Source: a virus
Lineage: Duplodnaviria > Caudoviricetes
Virus record (IMG/VR): IMGVR_UViG_3300018048_002591
Span: 1-54,017 of that record
Reading direction: 5' to 3' (one strand)
Length of the DNA: 54,017 bases
Notes under the pieces: model-generated
What the model saw: only the letters and a program-made list of their open reading frames with translations
What the model was told of the DNA's origin: nothing
The model's database searches: none
Part shown: positions 46,289 through 54,017 of the stretch, piece after piece
Numbering within the stretch: the stretch's first letter is position 1
Layout: each line of letters starts with the position of its first letter
Program-made: the position numbers and the translations under genes

Positions 46289-47185
46289 TTAGAATTTACC
46301 TTTTCTGTTTCTATAGAAACTTGTTAGTCTTGGTATGTACATGTACTTATGCCCTTTATCTTTAATAGCTTTCATCATTCTATTAAACATATCAACGTCA
46401 GCCGGGTTTGTCTTAGCCATAGGTATCTTTGGGGCTGTGTTTGCTTGTTGAGATGCATCACGGTATCTTAAATCACCGCACATACTAGGTCTCCATGAAA
46501 CCGCTGAATGGCTAACATCACCATGTGTATAGCCTAGATTATTTGGCTCTATTGTATTAGTATGTCTTTCATCTCTAGGTTGATACATAAACTTCTTTGA
46601 ACTATTTGTTGCATCTACCTTTTTGCGACTTCTTGTAAATACATATGCCAATTCAGGATATTGCGTGTATGCCTTTGCCAAAAGCTCCAAGTGATCTGGG
46701 CTCCATTTATCATCATGATCAATTCTTACAATGTAATCACAGCCATCGTTCTTTGCCATCTGAAGGCCTTTATTCATAGCACCACATCCTGCCGTATATC
46801 TAAATTGTTGTTTAGTAAAACCTTTGTCACGTTCTCCTGGTGTCGATAGATTATGGTATTTCAGTTTTTCTTTAGGAATTACTTCATCCATTACCTTTTT
46901 TATTTCTTCATCACCATCATATTTATCGCCTACTAAGTAAACTACATAATTGTCATATTTCTGATTCTTAATAGATCCTAAAGAATCTCTAAGTAGAGAA
47001 GGAGTGTCCATAAATTTTTGACGACCAGTCTGAGCACCGCCATCAGAAATTTTATGAGTAGGCATTACAATACCAAACTTAATCTTTTTATCAATTTCAC
47101 TAGTAAGATTCTTCTCTAATAAGATTTCAAAATTCCCTGAGCCTATATATGACTCTAGTAAATTGTATTCATCAAAGCTTATCAT
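46289..47185 (-). CDS. GT2 family glycosyltransferase
   Basis: GIVMPT, SIKNQ.YDN, AMNKGL, RIDHDDKW, HSAV, D..M, FYR. Confidence 0.85.
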   Translation of the reverse strand: MISFDEYNLLESYIGSGNFEILLEKNLTSEIDKKIKFGIVMPTHKISDGGAQTGRQKFMDTPSLLRDSLGSIKNQKYDNYVVYLVGDKYDGDEEIKKVMDEVIPKEKLKYHNLSTPGERDKGFTKQQFRYTAGCGAMNKGLQMAKNDGCDYIVRIDHDDKWSPDHLELLAKAYTQYPELAYVFTRSRKKVDATNSSKKFMYQPRDERHTNTIEPNNLGYTHGDVSHSAVSWRPSMCGDLRYRDASQQANTAPKIPMAKTNPADVDMFNRMMKAIKDKGHKYMYIPRLTSFYRNRKGKF

Positions 47186-48297
47186 TTATTGAAAAATGTT
47201 TTTATTGACTCAATTATCCTTTTAAGATCTTCATCGGTTAAATCCGACCCTGAAGGTAAGCATATACCTTGTAAGAATAATAGAGCACTGTTTCCATTTA
47301 TATATTTTCGGTATGAGGTTAGAACCGGTTGCTGATGCATAGGTTTCCAAATCCTTCTAGCTTCAATATTATCATTTGCTAAATGTTCTATGAGTTCTTG
47401 TGGTCTATCTTCTGGTTTTAAAATAGCACAAGTTAACCATGCATTGGATCTATCATGATCAGTCTCCTCCTGGAATGAATAAAAGTAATCACCTAATTCT
47501 TTTTTGTAAATTTGGTTAACCTCACGGGTTCTTTTAATACGATCTTCAATAACTTCCATCTGACCTATTCCTATAGCAGCAAGAATATTACTCATTCTAT
47601 AATTATATCCAATTTCAGTATGATGGTAGAACGGCATCGGATCTTTTGCTTGTGTTGATAAGAACCTCATCTTATCAGCTTTTTCTTTATCATCAGTAAT
47701 TATAACCCCACCGCCAGATGTTGAAAGTAATTTATTTCCATTAAATGAATAGACTCCAATTTTACCAAATGTACCTGTATGTTTTCCATCAATCGTTGAT
47801 CCTAAACTTTCAGCAGCATCTTCAATAATAGGTATATCATATTCATCGGATAATTTTTTAATTGCATCCATGTTACAAGGAACTCCAAAAATATGTACTG
47901 GAATAATTGCTTTAGGTTTTTTACCTATTGCATTTGAATTAAGAATTGCGGTTTCTAATAAAACAGGATCCATGTTCCATGTACCTTCCTCAGAATCTAC
48001 AAATATAGGTTCTGCTCCACAATATAAAATAGGATTCACGGTTCCAATAAAGGTTAGAGAAGAGCATATAACAAAATCACCATCTCCTACACCTAAAGCC
48101 TTTAATGCCAAGTGAATACCTGCAGTACCGGATGTTACCGCCACGGCATGTTTTGCGCCAGTATATTCTTTAATGGATTCTTCAAATTTGGTAAGATGAG
48201 GTCCTACTGGTGCAATCCAATTTTGTTCAAATGCCTCTTTTATATAATCAAGCTCTTTACCTGACATATGAGGTGGGGATAAGTATATTTTCTTCAT
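47182..48297 (-). CDS. DegT/DnrJ/EryC1/StrS sugar aminotransferase (PglE-like)
   Basis: IYLSPPHM, SGTAGIHLAL, IEDAAESLG, SFNGNKLLSTSGGG, GYNYRMSN, CLPSGS. Confidence 0.93.
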   Translation of the reverse strand: MKKIYLSPPHMSGKELDYIKEAFEQNWIAPVGPHLTKFEESIKEYTGAKHAVAVTSGTAGIHLALKALGVGDGDFVICSSLTFIGTVNPILYCGAEPIFVDSEEGTWNMDPVLLETAILNSNAIGKKPKAIIPVHIFGVPCNMDAIKKLSDEYDIPIIEDAAESLGSTIDGKHTGTFGKIGVYSFNGNKLLSTSGGGVIITDDKEKADKMRFLSTQAKDPMPFYHHTEIGYNYRMSNILAAIGIGQMEVIEDRIKRTREVNQIYKKELGDYFYSFQEETDHDRSNAWLTCAILKPEDRPQELIEHLANDNIEARRIWKPMHQQPVLTSYRKYINGNSALLFLQGICLPSGSDLTDEDLKRIIESIKTFFNK

Positions 48298-48298
48298 A

Positions 48299-48832
48299 TT
48301 ATTTTAATTTAGCAGGATTTCCATAGGCTTTAGAATTATCCGGAATATCTCTAACTACAACACTCCCTGCACCAATTACACAATTCTTCCCTATTTTAAT
48401 TCCAGGTATTACAACTGAGCCTGCACCAATGAATGTCCCTTCTCCGATTTCTACAGCTCCACATAAAGTTACATTAGGTGCAATATGTACAAAGTCTCCA
48501 ATTACACAATCATGATCTACTGATGCAGATGTATTAATGATTACATGATTCCCGATAGATACATCATTCTGAATAACCGCACCTGGTGCAATGACAACAC
48601 CTATACCAATTTCATATTCCATTACATATAGACCTTGGTCAGCATTTATAAAATCTACATTACCTAATTTAAGTGCAATCTTTTTTCTGTTTGAATTATC
48701 GCCAACTCCTATGATCCAATCAAATCTAGGATCAGCTTTATAAAAATCATCATCATTATAAAATGAATAGCTATCATCAATAAGAGATGCTATCATTCTT
48801 GCATGACCGCCTTTACCGTAAATGTTTACCAT
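48299..48832 (-). CDS. Sugar N-acetyltransferase, hexapeptide repeat (PglD/NeuD-like)
   Basis: IYGKGGHA, GVGDN..R, VDHDC, left-handed beta-helix repeats, GNPAK. Confidence 0.9.
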   Translation of the reverse strand: MVNIYGKGGHARMIASLIDDSYSFYNDDDFYKADPRFDWIIGVGDNSNRKKIALKLGNVDFINADQGLYVMEYEIGIGVVIAPGAVIQNDVSIGNHVIINTSASVDHDCVIGDFVHIAPNVTLCGAVEIGEGTFIGAGSVVIPGIKIGKNCVIGAGSVVVRDIPDNSKAYGNPAKLK

Positions 48833-49887
48833 TATTCTTCTCTTTTAAATTCAGGGACAATACTTTTGACTAACAATAATATCTTATAAAAATCATTTGA
48901 TCTTATTTTTGAAAGTTTTTCTATCTTAGGGATTAATTCCTTAAAATCATAATCAACATGATTAAGTTTCATTATATTATGATCATCAGTAGTAACCATG
49001 TTTTCCCCGTCACATAATAATTCTTCATAAAGTTTTTCTCCTGGTCTTAGTCCAATGTATTTAATTTCAGCATTACTATTAAAATGAGAAATTAATCTTT
49101 TTGCTAAATCATTAATATTTACAGGCTCACCCATATCAAATAGAAACACTTCTCCACCTTTACCTAAAACACTTGCCTGTAATACTAATTGACATGCTTC
49201 AGGTATCGTCATAAAATATCTAATAACTTCTTTATGAGTAACACTAACAGGCCCACCTCTTTCAATCTGTTTAATAAACGTAGGAATAACAGAACCTTCG
49301 GATCCTAATACATTACCAAACCTAGTAACAATAAAATTTGTGGCAGATTTAGTTTCTAAGAATTGTGTATAAAGTTCGGCTATTCTTTTAGTAGCACCCA
49401 TTATATTTGTTGGATTTACTGCCTTATCAGTTGATACCATTACAAACTTTTCTACCTCATTCATATAAGCAATATTGGAAACATTCATTGTTCCTAATAC
49501 ATTAGTTTTTATTGCCTCAATTGGGTTTAACTCCATCATAGGGACATGCTTATATGCAGCTGCATGAAATACTATGTTAGGTTTAAAAGTATCAAATATT
49601 TCGTCTAATCTATACTTATCTCTTACATCTCCTATAACATATTTAATATGAGCTTTTGGATAAGTTCTGGATATTTCTTGTTCAAGATGAAACATTGATG
49701 CCTCTGCATTATCGTAAACGGTTACAGTAGATGTCCCACATTTAATTAACTGTCTTACTATTTCACTTCCTATTGAACCAGCACCACCAGTTACTAAAAC
49801 TCTTTTACCTTTTATGTAATCTTGGATTGCTTCTAAATCCGTAGTAATAGGATCTCTTCCAAGTAGCTTATTATAATCTATCTCCAA
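48832..49887 (-). CDS. UDP-GlcNAc 4,6-dehydratase (PglF/CapD catalytic domain, no membrane anchor)
   Basis: LLGRDP, TGGAGSIGSE, HAAAYKHVP, STDKAVNPTNIMGATKR, RFGNVLGS.GSV, GLRPGEKLYEEL. Confidence 0.93.
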   Translation of the reverse strand: MEIDYNKLLGRDPITTDLEAIQDYIKGKRVLVTGGAGSIGSEIVRQLIKCGTSTVTVYDNAEASMFHLEQEISRTYPKAHIKYVIGDVRDKYRLDEIFDTFKPNIVFHAAAYKHVPMMELNPIEAIKTNVLGTMNVSNIAYMNEVEKFVMVSTDKAVNPTNIMGATKRIAELYTQFLETKSATNFIVTRFGNVLGSEGSVIPTFIKQIERGGPVSVTHKEVIRYFMTIPEACQLVLQASVLGKGGEVFLFDMGEPVNINDLAKRLISHFNSNAEIKYIGLRPGEKLYEELLCDGENMVTTDDHNIMKLNHVDYDFKELIPKIEKLSKIRSNDFYKILLLVKSIVPEFKREE

Positions 49888-50359
49888 ACCTTTTAAAGTT
49901 TAAAATGTTTTGCTTCTTTTCTAAAAGTCCCTTTCCTACTAAATTATTGACTAAAGAAATTTGAGACTTCATGACTCTTTTCATAGCTTCTTTATAATCT
50001 AAAAAACCAGCCCAGTCAACTTCTTCAACTTGTAATTGCTTTTTAGGAACTCTTAAATCCTTTAACCCTATCTGGTTAAGATCATCTATTTTTACAATGT
50101 AATAATATACAATCTTATGACCATATTTTTTGGTACTTACCGTAAATGTATATTCAGTAGGATCTATAAGTTTTTTAGGAATGTTAATTCCAACTTCTTC
50201 ACGAGTTTCTCTTATTGCTGCATCTAATTTAGATTCACCATCATCAATGCCACCTTTAGGAATACCATAAGATCCATACCATCCTCTTGAGGTTGTATGA
50301 GCCAATAAAATTTTATTGTCATATATGATCGCTAAACCTGCAGATTTTTTAGTTTTCAT
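49871..50359 (-). CDS. Nudix hydrolase
   Basis: Nudix box GGIDDGESKLDAAIRETREEVG. Confidence 0.9.
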   Translation of the reverse strand: MKTKKSAGLAIIYDNKILLAHTTSRGWYGSYGIPKGGIDDGESKLDAAIRETREEVGINIPKKLIDPTEYTFTVSTKKYGHKIVYYYIVKIDDLNQIGLKDLRVPKKQLQVEEVDWAGFLDYKEAMKRVMKSQISLVNNLVGKGLLEKKQNILNFKRFGDRL

Positions 50360-51099
50360 ATATTATTTATTTGAGATACGATCCACTCTAATTCAACTTG
50401 GCTATCAGCATCTGAAATTGCATTTGTTGGATCAGGATGAGTTTCAATAAATACTCCATCGTATTCAAATATCTTAGCAGCAAGGGCATATTTTTTAGCC
50501 AATTCTCTATCGCCCCCGGTTGTTTCACCTTTAGGTTTTTGTGTTGAGTGAGTACAATCTAAAAAGACCCCATCACTAAATGACTTCATAATATCAACAG
50601 CCCTAAAGTCAGGCATAAGACCACTATAACCAAATGAAGTACCTCTTTCAGTAATGTACACTTTAGCTTTAGGATTAACTTCCTTAATTTTAGTAACTAC
50701 GTGTTCCATTGCATGTGGTGATAGCCACTGCCCTTTCTTAACATTAATATGCTTAAACCATTTTGCGCAAGCTATTACTAAATCTGTTTGTCTACATAAG
50801 AACGCTGGTATTTGTATCATATCAATGTACCCTGAAAGTTTCTCTGCTTGCCACGGTTCATGGATGTCTGTAACTAATTTCACACTAGGATAGGTTGCTT
50901 TAATCCAAGCAAATATATCTAAACCTTTATGAATACCAGGACCTCTATCTGAGTGGATAGAGGTTCGGTTTGCTTTATCAAAAGATCCTTTAAAATACCA
51001 ATCTTTACCTTTCATTATAGGGTATAAGACATCTAAAACTTCTTTACAGTTTTCTTGGCTTTCTAAAGAACACGGGCCTAAAATATACTTATCCATCAC
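50356..51099 (-). CDS. kdsA: KDO-8-phosphate synthase
   Basis: GPCS.ES, KGSFDKANRTS, TDIHE, QIPAFLCRQTDL, KKGQ, ERGTSFGY, DCTHSTQ, ETHPDP..A.SD. Confidence 0.92.
   Translation of the reverse strand: MMDKYILGPCSLESQENCKEVLDVLYPIMKGKDWYFKGSFDKANRTSIHSDRGPGIHKGLDIFAWIKATYPSVKLVTDIHEPWQAEKLSGYIDMIQIPAFLCRQTDLVIACAKWFKHINVKKGQWLSPHAMEHVVTKIKEVNPKAKVYITERGTSFGYSGLMPDFRAVDIMKSFSDGVFLDCTHSTQKPKGETTGGDRELAKKYALAAKIFEYDGVFIETHPDPTNAISDADSQVELEWIVSQINNI
50364..50371 (-). promoter_or_regulatory. Late promoter motif AATAAATA, 4 nt before the Nudix ATG
   Basis: Recurring motif. Confidence 0.5.
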
Positions 51100-52864
51100 A
51101 ACTTACGCATTCTTCCATAGCTTTTGCGGCAATATCACCTCTTAATACAGATTCAGTTCTCATATAGTAAAGTGTTTTGATTCCCTGTTTCCATGCTTCA
51201 AGGTGGACTTGGTTAATCCACTTAGGTGAAGCTTCTTTAGGAAACGCAAGATTAAGAGATACTGCTTGATCAATATATTGTTGCCTAATACCGGCTTGCC
51301 TTACTAGTTCTAATTGGTTAATTTCTTTAAAGGTTTTAAATACATCTTTAAAAGGTACACCTTCTTCAAATTCAGGTACATCTTTACATTTAACCAAAAT
51401 TCCTTTAACAAAACACCACTCATCTAAAAACTTAAGACCTTGTACAGATCCACCATCTGCCATTATTTTATCCCATACCTTTTTATTGTTATGGCCTATC
51501 TTTTCAAGGAATCCTTCAAGAATACTATTCTTTCTAATAAAGGTTCCCTTTGCGGATTGATCGGTCCAAATATTTGCAGGTACAGGTTCAACCCCAGCAG
51601 AAATACCGCCAGCGAGTTTAGAATTAGAAACAGTTGGAGCAACGGCTCTAAGGTGAGTATTTCTAAATCCAGTATCTCTACACCAAAGAGGTTCTCCGTA
51701 TTCTTCTGCTAAATCACGGCTTGCTCTTTCGCTTTCAATTTTAATTTGAGAAAAGATATTTCGCGTTTCATATTGAGCCTCTAAACCTTCAAACGCAATA
51801 CCTCTCTGCTGTAGGTATGTATGCCATCCTAAAACACCAAGACCTAAGGCTCTCCCTTTTTCTGCCGTTCTTACGGAATTTTCAAACCCTTTTCTGTACT
51901 TTGCCTTTTGTATAAATTCTTCAAGAACGCCATCTAAAAACCATGTAGCATCATAAATAAGATTAGTATTTTTCCATTCATCATATTTAGAAAGATTAAG
52001 AGAACTTAAGCAGCATACAAAAGAATGATTTTCGTCGCTGTGTAATGTTATCTCAGAGCAGATGTTGGTCATAAAGACCTTTAAACCATTTCTCTTATAT
52101 GCTTCCGGGTTTTGCTTATTAACATTTCCTCGATACATTATATAAGGTTGCCCAGTTTGTCTTCTCTTTCTTTGAACAGCTGAAAATCGTGACCTAGCAT
52201 CATTATCACCTTCCATTACCTTTCTCATAAACTTATCAGAAATGATAACACATTGATTCATATTTAAACATTGACGATTAATATCACCCTTAGGTTCTCT
52301 AATTTCTAACCACTCCCAAAAGTCACCATGTTCAATATTTAAATTTGAACTAGCTGCACCTCGCCTAACCGCACCTTGATTAGTAGCAAGAATAGTAGAA
52401 TCATTAATCTTTATAAAAGGTACTACACCATCACTTGTACCATTATCGGTTATCTCTGCACCAGCAGGTCTAATCTGATTATGACATATCCCAACACCAC
52501 CTCCATGTTTAGCCAATAACATTAATTCAAGGTTCTTTTGCCCTATATCATTAATAGAATCAGCCACATCAATTCCAAAACAGCTTATAGGTAAACCTCT
52601 TTCAGTTCCAGTATTACTTAATACAGGTGATGCTAAGTTTAACCATCCTTTCCAAATATATTTAAAAAACTTATCCGCAAGGTCAGGTTTCTTTAATCTA
52701 TTTGCTACAGTAGTACATACTCTCCAATATGCATCTCTTGGGGTTTCTCCAGGTAAACAATATCCTTTTGATATTGTTTGTAAGTAAACATTAGTATGGC
52801 CCCATTCAGGGTAATCAACACCCCTTTCCCATCCTAATTCTTTTTCTAATTGATCTGCTGTCAT
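51089..52864 (-). CDS. nrdA: Class I ribonucleotide reductase alpha subunit (compact, no ATP cone)
   Basis: ASPVLSN, ISCF, QGAVRRGA, TNICSEI, CCLSSLN, APTVS, IDQAVSLN, KTLYY, C-terminal CVSCDG. Confidence 0.95.
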   Translation of the reverse strand: MTADQLEKELGWERGVDYPEWGHTNVYLQTISKGYCLPGETPRDAYWRVCTTVANRLKKPDLADKFFKYIWKGWLNLASPVLSNTGTERGLPISCFGIDVADSINDIGQKNLELMLLAKHGGGVGICHNQIRPAGAEITDNGTSDGVVPFIKINDSTILATNQGAVRRGAASSNLNIEHGDFWEWLEIREPKGDINRQCLNMNQCVIISDKFMRKVMEGDNDARSRFSAVQRKRRQTGQPYIMYRGNVNKQNPEAYKRNGLKVFMTNICSEITLHSDENHSFVCCLSSLNLSKYDEWKNTNLIYDATWFLDGVLEEFIQKAKYRKGFENSVRTAEKGRALGLGVLGWHTYLQQRGIAFEGLEAQYETRNIFSQIKIESERASRDLAEEYGEPLWCRDTGFRNTHLRAVAPTVSNSKLAGGISAGVEPVPANIWTDQSAKGTFIRKNSILEGFLEKIGHNNKKVWDKIMADGGSVQGLKFLDEWCFVKGILVKCKDVPEFEEGVPFKDVFKTFKEINQLELVRQAGIRQQYIDQAVSLNLAFPKEASPKWINQVHLEAWKQGIKTLYYMRTESVLRGDIAAKAMEECVSCDG

Positions 52865-52882
52865 TTTTATCTTCTTTATTAT

Positions 52883-53878
52883 TTACCAAATGTCGTCCCA
52901 ATTATCATCTTCTCCTGCCTTTGCATAATCAGTAGGTCTGATTGCAAAAAAGTCAGTGTGAGTATGCCCACCAGTAAGGTGATAAAACCAATCTAAATTA
53001 TCTGCTGATTTTTCATCATAATCAAAAATGGCATCATACCCTAATTCCTCCAACTTTTCATTAGTTCTTCGGTAAATAAAGTTCTTAAGGTCATATGCTG
53101 CGAGATTTTCTAAATCTCCTTGTTCAAATATTTTATCAATATACTTATGCTCCATTTCTATAATAAGAGATGCTGCATTTTCAATATCAGCTCTTGCTTC
53201 TTCTTTTAACTCAGGATACTCTTCACACATATGGCGGAATAGTTTACATCCCATTTTAGAATGCAGTGATTCGTCTCTTACTGACCATTTCATTTGTTGA
53301 CCAATACCTTTTAAAAAGTTTCTCAGTTGGAAACTATAAAGAACAGCAAAAGATGAGTAAAGTGCAACACCTTCAGCAAAGGCAGAAAAGATAGCAAGAG
53401 ATCTTCCTACTTCTTTACGTGCATTAGGATCTTTATGCAAATCTTCATGAGTATAGTCAGCTGTTGTTTGCATTAAGAATTCAAAGCGGTCAGCAATAGA
53501 AGGTTCATGTAAAAATGCTTCAAAATCTTCAAGACCTAATGTTTCATTAAGATAAGAATATGCAACTGCATGGATAGTTTCTTGTGATCCAAACATCATA
53601 GCCATTTGTCTAATTTCATGTTTAGGGAACCACTTAGTAACCATTCCTGTCCAATAGTCAGAAACTGCACATTCAGTTTGAGCAAATCCTAAAAGTATAT
53701 TACCTACTAAGTTCTTTTCCGATGGATTAAGATTTTCATTCCAATCTTTAACATCGCTTTGCATTGAAATTTCAGTATGAAGCCAAAATGCCTGGGCTTG
53801 TGGAAGCCATCCTTCTAAATAATACTCAGGGTATTCAAAGGGTTTGTAGTGAATTCTTTCGGTAAATAAGTTGCTCAT
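52883..53878 (-). CDS. nrdB: Class I ribonucleotide reductase beta subunit
   Basis: KPFEYP, FW, ETIHAVAY, EGVALYSSF, RDESLH, DFFA.R.TDY. Likely start is MSNLF at 53878, after an A-rich leader. Confidence 0.93.
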   Translation of the reverse strand: MSNLFTERIHYKPFEYPEYYLEGWLPQAQAFWLHTEISMQSDVKDWNENLNPSEKNLVGNILLGFAQTECAVSDYWTGMVTKWFPKHEIRQMAMMFGSQETIHAVAYSYLNETLGLEDFEAFLHEPSIADRFEFLMQTTADYTHEDLHKDPNARKEVGRSLAIFSAFAEGVALYSSFAVLYSFQLRNFLKGIGQQMKWSVRDESLHSKMGCKLFRHMCEEYPELKEEARADIENAASLIIEMEHKYIDKIFEQGDLENLAAYDLKNFIYRRTNEKLEELGYDAIFDYDEKSADNLDWFYHLTGGHTHTDFFAIRPTDYAKAGEDDNWDDIW

Positions 53879-53900
53879 TTGTATTTTTTGTTTTTTAATT

Positions 53901-54017
53901 TTATCCCGCTCTATAACAAAGTAATTCGGTTGCTTCAATTTCTTCTCCAGGTTTACCTATTCTATACAAACCTGTTTCGGGTTCTTGGACTAATTGAGGA
54001 CCACCTGTTATTTGAAC
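53901..54017 (-). CDS. C-terminal fragment of an upstream ORF (truncated by the window end)
   Basis: Open frame VQITGGPQLVQEPETGLYRIGKPGEEIEATELLCYRAG* ending in TAA at 53901. Confidence 0.5.
   Translation of the reverse strand, partial: VQITGGPQLVQEPETGLYRIGKPGEEIEATELLCYRAG

Noticed and set aside
3609-51712. Numerous 60-125 aa ORFs antisense to or nested in long genes (e.g. 3872, 8009, 22153, 35903, 43708, 51440)
   Set aside because: No motifs or promoters, and fully overlapped by well-supported genes
53911-53935. AAGC-N16-TATAG upstream of nrdB as a replication-class promoter
   Set aside because: Two mismatches, shorter spacer, and inside an upstream coding frame; not counted
1-54017. 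Stop-codon reassignment (as in some large Bacteroidota phages), inteins, introns, tRNAs
   Set aside because: Conserved genes are full length in the standard code with TAA, TAG and TGA all used as stops. Terminase, helicase and RNR show no insertions. Intergenic gaps are short and no cloverleaf was recognised.

Overview
This window is a 54-kb AT-rich segment of a large T4-like (Tevenvirinae/jumbo-type) myovirus genome. It is almost entirely coded on the minus strand in the standard genetic code. A Bacteroidota host is suggested by A-rich, SD-less start regions and a Bacteroidota-type Hc1/'histone H1'-like gene. It holds morphogenesis genes (partial tape measure, tail chaperone, tube, sheath, terminases, neck, capsid, protease-scaffold fusion, portal, gp2, gp4, gp15) and late transcription genes (gp55-like, probable gp33-like). 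It also holds replication and recombination genes (RNase H, clamp loader, clamp, C-terminal half of a split PolB, helicase, UvsX, gp46/47, NrdAB) and a large sugar/nucleotide-modification region. Two promoter classes can be read from the DNA: a late motif RATAWATA (16 sites) and a replication-class motif AAAC-N17-TATAA (8 sites). They split the sugar genes into two programmes. (1) A replication-class operon: HAD phosphatase, APH-like kinase, NDP-sugar nucleotidyltransferase, T4 beta-glucosyltransferase homolog, epimerase, SAM methyltransferase, a C5-cytosine methyltransferase-like protein with an aberrant SAM-binding motif I, and a GT8-like transferase. Three of these carry clamp-binding-like peptides, making this the best candidate for an undescribed replisome-coupled cytosine hypermodification system. 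(2) A late operon (Nudix, PglF/PglD/PglE-like, GT2), plus a late Maf-like transferase, that may glycosylate the virion. Also notable are a probable +1 frameshift (UCC-UUU-C) in the tail chaperone, a split DNA polymerase, and probable leaderless late mRNAs. All homology calls are by eye from remembered family motifs; no searches were run.
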